From an uncultured Aliarcobacter sp. (GTDB lineage Bacteria > Campylobacterota > Campylobacteria > Campylobacterales > Arcobacteraceae): a DNA stretch of 24,000 nucleotides. Shown one piece after another: positions 8,828-16,490 of this stretch. Location of the stretch: the NCBI GenBank assembly GCA_963677205.1, contig OY781917.1; one strand, 5' to 3'. Under the pieces are notes generated by a model. The model saw nothing but the letters and a program-made list of their open reading frames with translations, did no database searches and was not told the origin of the DNA. Positions within the stretch are counted from its first letter, which is position 1. Each line of letters starts with the position of its first letter. The translations under genes and the position numbers were made by a program.

Positions 8828-9401
8828 CCCAAATAATCCTTGTATCAAATCTATTTGCTGCTATCATTGTTAATATTACCATTAAAGCAAAAGAGGTTGC
8901 AGCAATTCCCCCTTTTATATTAAAAATCTCATCAAGTTGAACTATTGAAGCCAAAAGTGCAACCACATAAATATCAATCATCGACCATTTTCCAATAGCT
9001 TCAATGAACTTAAATATTAATATTTTTCTATTATTATGCATTTTTACATTTACTTTTAAAGAAATAAAAATAAAAAGTAAACCAACCAACTTTATCATTG
9101 GAATTATCACACTTGCTGTAAATACTACAATTGCAATAAAATAACTTCCTTGTCCTAAAAAACTAATAACACCTTCTAAAATAGTACTTTCAATTTTTAC
9201 CCCAAGTCTTGTAACTTCCATTATTGGATAAATCATAGCTGGAATATAAAGTAAAATTGCACAAATAGTAAGAGCTAGTGAAACTTGTAAAGAGTCTTTT
9301 ATTCTTTTTCTCACAAGATGATTACATCTTGTACATACAAAATTATCAAAGTTTTCTCTTTCATACATTTTGTGGCAGTTTTTACAAGATATTAAAACCA
9401 T
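8820..9401 (-). CDS. PqiA/LetA-like integral membrane protein, C-terminal-half equivalent
   Basis: 193 aa with an N-terminal zinc-ribbon-like CKNC...CTRC followed by about four hydrophobic helices. This is the layout of one repeat of the two-repeat E. coli PqiA/LetA. Confidence 0.85.
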   Translation of the reverse strand: MVLISCKNCHKMYERENFDNFVCTRCNHLVRKRIKDSLQVSLALTICAILLYIPAMIYPIMEVTRLGVKIESTILEGVISFLGQGSYFIAIVVFTASVIIPMIKLVGLLFIFISLKVNVKMHNNRKILIFKFIEAIGKWSMIDIYVVALLASIVQLDEIFNIKGGIAATSFALMVILTMIAANRFDTRIIWDE

Positions 9402-10001
9402 TTATTCCTCATCAAATACACTTTTACCCACAAATTTTCTGTTTGACATATAAAAACAAAAGATATAAGCCAACATAACATAAAAACCAATATCAAATTT
9501 TGTTGAACTAACCATTCCAATTAGTTTTATATATGTAACAATCACACTTATAATAAATACTTCAATAAATCCCCAATGTCTAAAAAAATGAAAACTATCA
9601 TGAAGTAAAGTATCTGTAAAAAGTCTTATATTAGTTTTATCTTGAATAAAAGCAAATATTATTACTAAAGAGTTCAAAACAGGAGCTAGGATAATCGTAA
9701 AAAAAACTATGAGTGCCACAAAAAAGAAATTTTCTTCAAATAAAATTAAAACTGTACCAATTAAAGTAGCTCTTAATTCATTCTCATTTATATTTAGTGA
9801 AATGATTGGATAAATATTTAAAAGTCCAAATAACAAAAGTGCAGAAATAGAATAATATAAAGAGTCATTGCTGTGTTTTTTTTCAGCTTCAATTTTACTA
9901 TTACATCTAGGACATCTTTGAGTAGCAGTTATTTCTTGTTGTTTTTTTATAAATAAACCACAATTATAACACTCTACAATATCATCAATATTTTTGTCCA
10001 T
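9402..10001 (-). CDS. PqiA/LetA-like integral membrane protein, N-terminal-half equivalent
   Basis: 199 aa with CYNC...CPRC followed by about four hydrophobic helices. Its TAA stop (9404-9402) is immediately followed, in the same frame, by the ATG of the next PqiA-like ORF. Confidence 0.85.
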   Translation of the reverse strand: MDKNIDDIVECYNCGLFIKKQQEITATQRCPRCNSKIEAEKKHSNDSLYYSISALLLFGLLNIYPIISLNINENELRATLIGTVLILFEENFFFVALIVFFTIILAPVLNSLVIIFAFIQDKTNIRLFTDTLLHDSFHFFRHWGFIEVFIISVIVTYIKLIGMVSSTKFDIGFYVMLAYIFCFYMSNRKFVGKSVFDEE

Positions 10002-10080
10002 AAAATTCTACCCTTTTAGTTTTGGCATTCTAACATAGTAAACTTTTTTTCATTCTAAAAACTCTTTAAAATTAAATATA

Positions 10081-10093
10081 TTGTATTATACAA
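10081..10093. promoter_or_regulatory. 13-bp perfect palindrome in the pqiA-like / globin divergent intergenic region (candidate operator overlapping a -10-like TATTAT)
   Basis: TTGTAT-T-ATACAA, read directly. It lies 45 nt upstream of the globin ATG (10138) and is followed by a tandem ATGCAAT-T-ATGCAAT at 10094-10108. Confidence 0.25.
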
Positions 10094-10137
10094 ATGCAAT
10101 TATGCAATAAACTACTATTTTTTAAAGGTTAATAAAA

Positions 10138-10569
10138 ATGCAATTTACTATAACTCAAGCACAAATAGGTGAAAGACCTCCTGTTGTAAAACCAGTACCT
10201 GAAGTTTTAAAATTTTTAGGTGAAGAAAAAATGAGAAAACTAATCTCTGACCACTATGATTTATTAAGAGTTAGTAATATCAAAGGACTATTTCCTCCAA
10301 CTGACGAAGGTTTTGAAATGGCAAAAAAACACTCTGCAGATTTCTTCATTCAAATTTGCGGAGGACCTGATTATTTTAATCAAAGTAGAGGTGCTCCAAT
10401 GATGGCTGGACGACATGCAGCTTTTAAAATTACTCCAGAAGCTAGATTAATTTGGTTAGAATCTTATACTAAAGTTCTAGAACCAATTGAGATGCCTGAT
10501 GATTTAAAACAATCATTTTGGAACTATTTAGATATCTTTTCAATTTGGATGGTAAACAGTCCTGAATAA
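10138..10569 (+). CDS. Truncated haemoglobin (2-on-2 globin, group II / GlbO-like)
   Basis: 143 aa. The segment FFIQICGGPDYFNQSRGAPMMAGRHAAFKITPEARLIWLESY...MVNSPE aligns closely with the remembered M. tuberculosis GlbO segment [38 protein letters not shown]...LVNSPF, including the proximal His. Confidence 0.85.
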   Translation: MQFTITQAQIGERPPVVKPVPEVLKFLGEEKMRKLISDHYDLLRVSNIKGLFPPTDEGFEMAKKHSADFFIQICGGPDYFNQSRGAPMMAGRHAAFKITPEARLIWLESYTKVLEPIEMPDDLKQSFWNYLDIFSIWMVNSPE

Positions 10570-10579
10570 GTTTTAAATA

Positions 10580-10619
10580 TTCTTACAAAATATCAATAAA
10601 AAGTATTTTGTAAGAAATT
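10580..10619 (+). terminator. Hairpin terminator after the globin gene
   Basis: TTCTTACAAAATA (10580-10592), 11-nt loop, TATTTTGTAAGAA (10604-10616). The 13-bp stem is perfect and is followed by A/T-rich sequence. Confidence 0.5.
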
Positions 10620-10631
10620 TAAAATATTTAT

Positions 10632-10652
10632 TTTTGTCAGTTTTTGACAAAA
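10632..10652. promoter_or_regulatory. Inverted repeat upstream of the ATPase cassette (candidate operator)
   Basis: TTTTGTCA (10632-10639), 5-nt spacer, TGACAAAA (10645-10652). A TTGACA hexamer follows at 10696-10701, and TATACT at 10717-10722 (15-nt spacer, suboptimal). Confidence 0.3.
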
Positions 10653-10755
10653 TTCTACTTTATTTACTAATATTTACCGTAATTTAAACTTTTTTTTGAC
10701 AATATTTAACATATATTATACTAAACTACACTTTTAAAATATAAAAGGATTATAA

Positions 10756-11883
10756 ATGTTATTAGAATTTGGAGCATACAATTTTGCTTCTTTTAAAGAA
10801 GGTTTTGAAATTAACTTAAGAGAAAAAAAGAATAGTCTTGAAGCTTATACTTTAATGGGAATAAAGGGTGCAAATGCATCTGGAAAAACAAATGTACTAA
10901 AAGTTCCTGCTTTTCTATCAGATTTTTGCACAAATTCTTTTAATTCAGAAGTTGATGAAGATATTATTTTCTCTTCATTTTTTAATAATAATAGAGAAAC
11001 AAGTATTTATGCAATTTTTTCAGAAAATGGCATTGAATACAAATATGAAATTGATTTAACAAGAGCTAAAGTTATAAAAGAGTCTATTTATAGAAAAGAT
11101 AAATTAATTATTGAAAGAATTGATGATAAACTAACAGAAAATACAATTGAAGAATTTAAAGATTTGAAAACAATGATTTTGAGAGATAATGTTTCTCTAA
11201 TAAGTACAGCAAAACAATATGGTACAAAATCAATAGAAACAATTTATCATTTATTCTTTAAAATAAATGGAAATGTTCATGCATATGGACTTGCTGATAA
11301 ATTTCTAAATCATGAAAGTATTTCAAAGTCTTATTTTAAAGATAAAAAATTACTTGATTTTTTGAAAGAAATTCTTATAAAAACAGATACAGGTATTTCA
11401 GATATTGAAATACATGAAAAGATAAATCCAGAAACAAAGAAAGTTACTTATTACCCAATTTTCGTATATAAAGTTGATGAAGAAATAAATTATCTTACAT
11501 ACTATAACCAATCAAGTGGAACAAAAACTTTATATACACATCTTTTTCTATATAAAAGAATATTACAAATAGGTGGAATATTATTATTAGATGAATTAGA
11601 TATAAATCTTCACCCTGATTTAATCCCAATACTATTAAACCTTTTTGAATCAAAAAAATTAAATCCAGAAAATGCACAGTTAATATTTACTACTCATAAC
11701 AATGAAATAATGGATAGATTAAAAAAATCTAGAATTGTACTTGTAAATAAAGAAGATAACGAAAGTTATCTATATAAACTAGATGAAACTGGTGAAATTT
11801 TAAGAAATGATAGGTCCATTAGTAAAGTATATAATTCTGGAAAATTAGGTGGTAAACCTAAGATTGAGTTAGATTATGAGTAA
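10756..11883 (+). CDS. ABC/SMC-like AAA_21-type ATPase (stand-alone ATPase core with no fused nuclease domain)
   Basis: 375 aa with Walker A GANASGKT (aa 38-45), a signature-like SSGTK (aa 253-257), Walker B ILLLDE (aa 275-280) and an H-loop TTHN (aa 312-315). AAGGA RBS 7 nt before ATG 10756. Confidence 0.9.
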   Translation: MLLEFGAYNFASFKEGFEINLREKKNSLEAYTLMGIKGANASGKTNVLKVPAFLSDFCTNSFNSEVDEDIIFSSFFNNNRETSIYAIFSENGIEYKYEIDLTRAKVIKESIYRKDKLIIERIDDKLTENTIEEFKDLKTMILRDNVSLISTAKQYGTKSIETIYHLFFKINGNVHAYGLADKFLNHESISKSYFKDKKLLDFLKEILIKTDTGISDIEIHEKINPETKKVTYYPIFVYKVDEEINYLTYYNQSSGTKTLYTHLFLYKRILQIGGILLLDELDINLHPDLIPILLNLFESKKLNPENAQLIFTTHNNEIMDRLKKSRIVLVNKEDNESYLYKLDETGEILRNDRSISKVYNSGKLGGKPKIELDYE

Positions 11884-12367
11884 ATATAGTAAAAATAATA
11901 AAAGAGATAAAAATCTTTCACTAATATTACAAACAACTAGTTTAGATAATAAGACTGATATATTAACTAAAAGATGTAAATTTAACTTTCATTATTTTAA
12001 TAAAAACTGTGCAGGGCAAGATTTCAAAGAATGGAGTAATGAGAAGTTAATAACATTATTAGAAAAATTAATACTTTTTAGTGAAAATTCATTAACTTAT
12101 TGGGAAAATCAAAAACCAACACTTGTGATATATGATAATTTTCCTATTCCGGCAAAAACAGATTTTAAAGAACCTAGAAATGTTCCACTTGAAGCAAGAT
12201 GGGCAAGATTTAGACTCGGAGCTAAAATTAGATTAGTAGGATTTATTATTCCTGAAACATATCATGATAGAGAACATGAAACTACTAAAATGAGATGGGA
12301 TATAAATACTTTTTACATAGTATTTTTAGATGAAAACCATAGATTTTGGCATGATGAAGATGAATAA
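11876..12367 (+). CDS. Uncharacterised 163-aa partner protein of the ATPase (possible RelE/ParE-like C-terminal fold; inference)
   Basis: Its ATG at 11876 overlaps the ATPase stop (ATGAGTAA, 8-nt overlap). I see no RloB/TOPRIM or HNH motif. The C-terminal WARFRLGAKIRLVGFI...FYIVFLDENHRFW resembles the strand-strand-basic/His pattern of RelE/HigB-type toxins. Confidence 0.8.
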   Translation: MSKYSKNNKRDKNLSLILQTTSLDNKTDILTKRCKFNFHYFNKNCAGQDFKEWSNEKLITLLEKLILFSENSLTYWENQKPTLVIYDNFPIPAKTDFKEPRNVPLEARWARFRLGAKIRLVGFIIPETYHDREHETTKMRWDINTFYIVFLDENHRFWHDEDE

Positions 12368-12371
12368 TTAA

Positions 12372-12400
12372 AAAAGCATAGATTCAACTATGCTTTTCTT
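12372..12400 (+). terminator. Rho-independent terminator after the two-gene cassette
   Basis: AAAAGCATAG (12372-12381), 6-nt loop, CTATGCTTTT (12388-12397), then CTTT. It begins 5 nt after the stop at 12365-12367. Confidence 0.7.
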
Positions 12401-12610
12401 TCCATAAATTCAATATTTATAATAATTGTTATCTAACTCATCAAAATTAATAAAAATGGGATAAACTCCCATTCTTTATTAATTAATAATTATTGTTTCC
12501 TCAGTCTTTCAAGCTTTTTTGTAAATTAATAACATTTCTCTACAATTTATATACATAATCAAACTTTTTTTCGCTAATATACAAACATTCACTTTTTTAG
12601 GATTCATAAT

Positions 12611-15166
12611 ATGAAAAAGACTTTCAAAAACTATATCTATTCTAGACAAATAGTATTAGTTACGTTAATTTTCTTAATCTGCTTTATTTTTAGTACTTAT
12701 CTACATACAACCCTCACAAAACAGGAAGCTTTAAAACATTCAGATGCAATATCAAAGCAAGTTTTTTCTTCAATGTATCAAGTAATGAGAAAAGGTTGGA
12801 GCAAAGATGATGTAAAACTATTTACTAAATCTTTAGAAAAAAACTTTGAAAGTAGTAATTATGAAATTAATATTTACCGAGGAGATAAAGTAAGACAACT
12901 TTTTGGTGATATTGATGAAAAAGCAAAAGATTCAACTCTTGTTGATATTTTAAATGGGAAAATTGATAAACACGATGATTTTCAAAATAATATTGTAAGA
13001 AATATTATGCCTCTAAAAGCTACAAATGATTGTAAAGCTTGTCACGTAAATGTTCAAGTTGGTGAAGTTCTTGGAGCATTAGAAGTAAAACAAGATTTAA
13101 ATTCAATTTTTACAGAATCTAAATATCAATATATTGCATTTTTCCTAATTATTGTTCCTATATTTTACATTTTGGCATTTTTATCAACAAGATACACTAC
13201 AAAACAAATACTTGATAGTCTATCTCTTTTTAATGATAAAGTAAGAAATATAAACTCTGTACAAGATTTTAAAGCCTTTGACTCAAAAAATATTGATTTA
13301 TATTTCAAAGAGTTTAATGAAATAGTTCAAAATGTGGATTTAATGGCTGAAAAATTAAAAATTGTAGCTGTTGATAAAGAGTTATTAGAGTTTGAAATTA
13401 GACTTTTGGATAAATTTATTATTACTTCTGATGTGGTAAAAGATTGGCGAGAGTATATTTGTGATTTATTAATAGAAATAAATAAAATCATGGAAACTTA
13501 TACTTTAATGACAATTTTTAGAGTTGGTGAAGACCAATTTGAAGTTGATATTTTCTGGTTAGGAATGCCAAAAGAGCATCAAAAAGAGGTTTTTGATGCT
13601 TATATAAACAAAACAATAAAAGAGTCAGAATATTTCAAAGAGATGACTGATTTTACAATAAAACACGTAGTAGCAGATAGAAACAATTGCTTAAATGACT
13701 TAATTGAAGAAGAGATAGAATATAGAACTAAATCTTTATTTTTAGATACTCCAAAAATTGGAGGAATTGTAGGAATTGGTTTACAATCTGTTTTTGCAAG
13801 TGATCCAGTAAGATATATTGTAATTGACTCAATTTTAACAACTATGGCAAATCTTGTAGGTTCAGTAAAAGCCATTCATAAATATACTCAAGATTTAGAA
13901 TATTACGCTGCTCGTGACCCATTAACTGATTTATTTAATCAAAGAGTATTTAATGACATGATGGCTTATGAAATAAAAAGAGCTGCGAAACATGAATACC
14001 CATTTGCTTTAATGGTTATTGATTGTGATAACTTCAAACCTATTAATGATAACTTTGGTCATGCATTTGGGGATAAATTCTTACAAACAGTTGCAAATAT
14101 TCTTGAAGAAGAAAAAAGAGATGAGGATATTGTTGCAAGATATGGTGGAGATGAATTTACAATTATTCTTCCTGAATGTGATGAAAATGGAGCGTTAACA
14201 GTTGCTAATAGAATCTCAAAAAGAATTGAGAGTGAAAAACTTATAGCTCCAGATGGTTCAAGGGTGGGTATTACTATTTCTGTAGGAATTTGTGTTTATC
14301 CAACTCACACTTTATCGCAAAAAGATATGTTTGTTATTGCAGATTCTATGATGTATCAAGCAAAAGAAGAAGGTAAAAACTCTATCAAAATTCCAAATGA
14401 AAGAGATATTTCAAATATTTTAAAAACAAATCAAGAGAAATCTTCTTTATTAATAAAAGCAATTGAAAATGATGAAATTCATCCATATTTTCAACCAATA
14501 AAACCAGCTAATTCAAAAAATAATTTAGTAATCCACGAACTACTAATGAGAATAAATCAAGATGGAAGAGTTGTTTCAGCTTTTGAATTTATTGAAATTG
14601 CAGAAGCAAGAGGACTTATTAATACTATGGATTTAATGGTTATAGAAAAAGCCTTTAAAGAGATTCAACGAACACAATATGAGGGGATTTTATTTATTAA
14701 CTTGTCTCCAAAATCACTAATTGTTGGAGATTTTATCAATAAAATAAATAGTTTTGTAAATAAATATAACATTCAAAGGGAAAAAATTGTATTTGAAATA
14801 ACAGAGAGAGAAACAGTTAAAAACTTCTCTTTATTGGAAAAATTTGTACATAATTTAAAATCTGATGGTTATAAATTTGCAATAGATGACTTTGGTTCTG
14901 GATTCTCTTCGTTTCACTATATTAAAAAATTCCCAATTGATTATGTAAAAATCGATGGTGATTTTATTATAAATATTAATAAAGACGAAAAAGATAGAGC
15001 TTTTGTAAATAGTATTGTAACTTTAGCAAAAGAGTTAAAAATACATACTATTGCAGAGTTTGTAGAAAATCAAGAGATAGTTGAGATTTTAGATGAGTTA
15101 GAAATCGATTATTATCAGGGTTATCACATTGGAAAACCAAGTGACAAGTTTATCTCTTTTGAATAA
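12611..15166 (+). CDS. Membrane-bound GGDEF-EAL (c-di-GMP turnover) protein with a periplasmic CxxCH haem-c-type sensor loop
   Basis: 851 aa with TM helices at about aa 13-33 and 173-196. The loop of about 140 aa between them contains CKACH. The GGDEF domain has an intact RYGGDEF and an RxxD I-site (RDED) five residues upstream. The EAL domain has ELLMR, EITE, DDFGSGFSS, KIDG, EFVE and QGYHIGKP. Confidence 0.92.
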   Translation: MKKTFKNYIYSRQIVLVTLIFLICFIFSTYLHTTLTKQEALKHSDAISKQVFSSMYQVMRKGWSKDDVKLFTKSLEKNFESSNYEINIYRGDKVRQLFGDIDEKAKDSTLVDILNGKIDKHDDFQNNIVRNIMPLKATNDCKACHVNVQVGEVLGALEVKQDLNSIFTESKYQYIAFFLIIVPIFYILAFLSTRYTTKQILDSLSLFNDKVRNINSVQDFKAFDSKNIDLYFKEFNEIVQNVDLMAEKLKIVAVDKELLEFEIRLLDKFIITSDVVKDWREYICDLLIEINKIMETYTLMTIFRVGEDQFEVDIFWLGMPKEHQKEVFDAYINKTIKESEYFKEMTDFTIKHVVADRNNCLNDLIEEEIEYRTKSLFLDTPKIGGIVGIGLQSVFASDPVRYIVIDSILTTMANLVGSVKAIHKYTQDLEYYAARDPLTDLFNQRVFNDMMAYEIKRAAKHEYPFALMVIDCDNFKPINDNFGHAFGDKFLQTVANILEEEKRDEDIVARYGGDEFTIILPECDENGALTVANRISKRIESEKLIAPDGSRVGITISVGICVYPTHTLSQKDMFVIADSMMYQAKEEGKNSIKIPNERDISNILKTNQEKSSLLIKAIENDEIHPYFQPIKPANSKNNLVIHELLMRINQDGRVVSAFEFIEIAEARGLINTMDLMVIEKAFKEIQRTQYEGILFINLSPKSLIVGDFINKINSFVNKYNIQREKIVFEITERETVKNFSLLEKFVHNLKSDGYKFAIDDFGSGFSSFHYIKKFPIDYVKIDGDFIININKDEKDRAFVNSIVTLAKELKIHTIAEFVENQEIVEILDELEIDYYQGYHIGKPSDKFISFE

Positions 15167-15180
15167 GAGATAAACTTTAG
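15148..15180 (+). terminator. Hairpin terminator spanning the GGDEF-EAL stop codon (possibly bidirectional with the convergent SagB-like gene)
   Basis: GTTTATCTCTT (15148-15158), 6-nt loop, AAGAGATAAAC (15165-15175). The 11-bp stem is perfect and is followed by TTTAGTTT. Confidence 0.55.
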
Positions 15181-16478
15181 TTTCCAATAGCTAAAGCATA
15201 CAATACCATTGTATTTTCTTCTATAAACTCACTAACTTCATCATCATAATAAGCGCCAATTCCACTACAACCAATATCCAAATAGTTTGAAGCAATATAA
15301 AGCCTATGTCCAAGAAGTCCAGCTTTTTGATAAAGCTCTTGATAGTTTTTAGCTTTTGATGTTAAGAAAAAGGTAACTGCACTACTTTTTCCTAAATCTT
15401 GTTCTAAACACAAATATCCAGCCTTAGAAGAAAAATCCCCAGTTCTAATAAGTTCACCATTTTTATAAAGACCTAAAATCATTCCCTCAACTCTATTTAT
15501 CGTGTAATAAATATCAACTTCTTCGTCACAATCACTTTTTATTGCTTGATTTACAACACTCATTATTGATTCAAATTGAAGTTTAGAGATACTTTGTTTT
15601 GTAAACTCTCGAATTGATCTTCTTTTAAAAATAGTATCTTGAAGTCTTTGTTTTTGAAAATTAAAAATGGCTCTTTTTTCTTGAGCTTTTTTATCATAGA
15701 TTTTTAAACTCTCTTTGTAAGCGATTTCAACTATCTCATTTTTTTCAAAAAAACAGATATTTTCATCAACATAACTAGCTCCATCTAAAGTTGGAAGTTT
15801 TAATAAAAAACTCTCTTTCTTAGACTCTTTTTTATCTCCAACAATCACTACTGAAGTAAAAAACTCTTTCTCATCAAAAGAAAAAAACTCATTTAACTTC
15901 TCTTTTGAAAAATCATACAAAATCTCAAAATTTTTATCAAATAAATAAGAACTAGCTTCCATTGTTCCAATTAAATGTCCAGCATCCAATAAACAATATC
16001 TAAACGCCCTATTTTTATATTTCCAAGAAGACCTAAAATATATTGATGAAATAAAAAATATAAAACCATCTACACTATACGAAAGGTTTAAAAGATTTTC
16101 TATTCCTTCATTAGATTCAAGTTTACAAAGTAACACAGCACTTGAACTTCCAACTTCTAAATGATAAATCCCATCTTCAAAACCATCAACATTTCGCGCT
16201 TGAAAATATACTTCATTTGGATATAAAGCTCCAGCACTTGGATTTACTCTTAGGTAATATTCAACTCCTGGATAAGTTTTTTTAGCACTAATTCCACTAA
16301 TTAAATACAAAAAATTATAGTTTTTATTTTCTGAGTTTAAATGAACTCTTTTATAATCTTTTGAATAAAATTTAAATTTATTTGGAGGATTATTCCAATC
16401 TACTCTATTTGGATTTGTTCGTATTGAGTTATATGAGTGTTTTGTGTTTTGATGATAGCTGTTTAAGGGTATTAACAT
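15177..16478 (-). CDS. SagB/ThcOx-family (nitroreductase-fold) dehydrogenase
   Basis: N-terminal YHQNTKHSY...NPSAGALYP plus a second nitroreductase-like half with RRSIREF. This is typical of SagB-type dehydrogenase domains. The ORF-track start at 16487 is a TTG, so I list the first ATG (16478-16476); either is possible. Confidence 0.82.
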   Translation of the reverse strand: MLIPLNSYHQNTKHSYNSIRTNPNRVDWNNPPNKFKFYSKDYKRVHLNSENKNYNFLYLISGISAKKTYPGVEYYLRVNPSAGALYPNEVYFQARNVDGFEDGIYHLEVGSSSAVLLCKLESNEGIENLLNLSYSVDGFIFFISSIYFRSSWKYKNRAFRYCLLDAGHLIGTMEASSYLFDKNFEILYDFSKEKLNEFFSFDEKEFFTSVVIVGDKKESKKESFLLKLPTLDGASYVDENICFFEKNEIVEIAYKESLKIYDKKAQEKRAIFNFQKQRLQDTIFKRRSIREFTKQSISKLQFESIMSVVNQAIKSDCDEEVDIYYTINRVEGMILGLYKNGELIRTGDFSSKAGYLCLEQDLGKSSAVTFFLTSKAKNYQELYQKAGLLGHRLYIASNYLDIGCSGIGAYYDDEVSEFIEENTMVLYALAIGN

Positions 16479-16490
16479 AAAGTTCAACTT

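Noticed and set aside
8828-8848. ORF-track start of the LetB-like gene at 8848, and likewise 16487 for the SagB-like gene and 16979 for the OMP gene
   Set aside because: 8848 and 16487 are TTG codons without a convincing RBS. The ATG at 16979 is too close to the RBS. I preferred the downstream ATGs (8827, 16478, 16973), which have better Shine-Dalgarno spacing. The differences are 6-21 nt and remain uncertain.
9278-9478. 66-aa plus-strand ORF across the PqiA-half junction
   Set aside because: It is antisense to two well-supported membrane-protein ORFs and has no RBS or recognisable features.
11495-11677. 60-aa minus-strand ORF inside the ATPase gene
   Set aside because: It is antisense to the Walker B / H-loop region of the ATPase. 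I considered it as a possible antisense antitoxin but found no promoter, RBS or terminator signals to support that.
12368-12471. 28-aa minus-strand mini-ORF (MGVYPIFINFDELDNNYINIEFMERKA) in the spacer after the cassette
   Set aside because: It has no credible RBS, is very short, and reads through the cassette terminator hairpin. It is most likely non-coding.
10686-12588. Imperfect direct repeat flanking the ATPase cassette: AAAC-T8-GAC-AATAT-TT-AACAT at 10686-10712 and AAAC-T7-CGCT-AATAT-ACA-AACAT at 12561-12588. Considered as possible insertion target duplication or att-like sites
   Set aside because: Only about 21 of 28 positions match, with two indels, in very AT-rich DNA. Both copies sit exactly where promoters for the downstream genes are expected, so shared promoter architecture or chance is at least as likely. 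This would need comparison with a cassette-free genome.
13600-13875. 91-aa minus-strand ORF inside the GGDEF-EAL gene
   Set aside because: Antisense shadow ORF. The plus frame is continuous through conserved domains.
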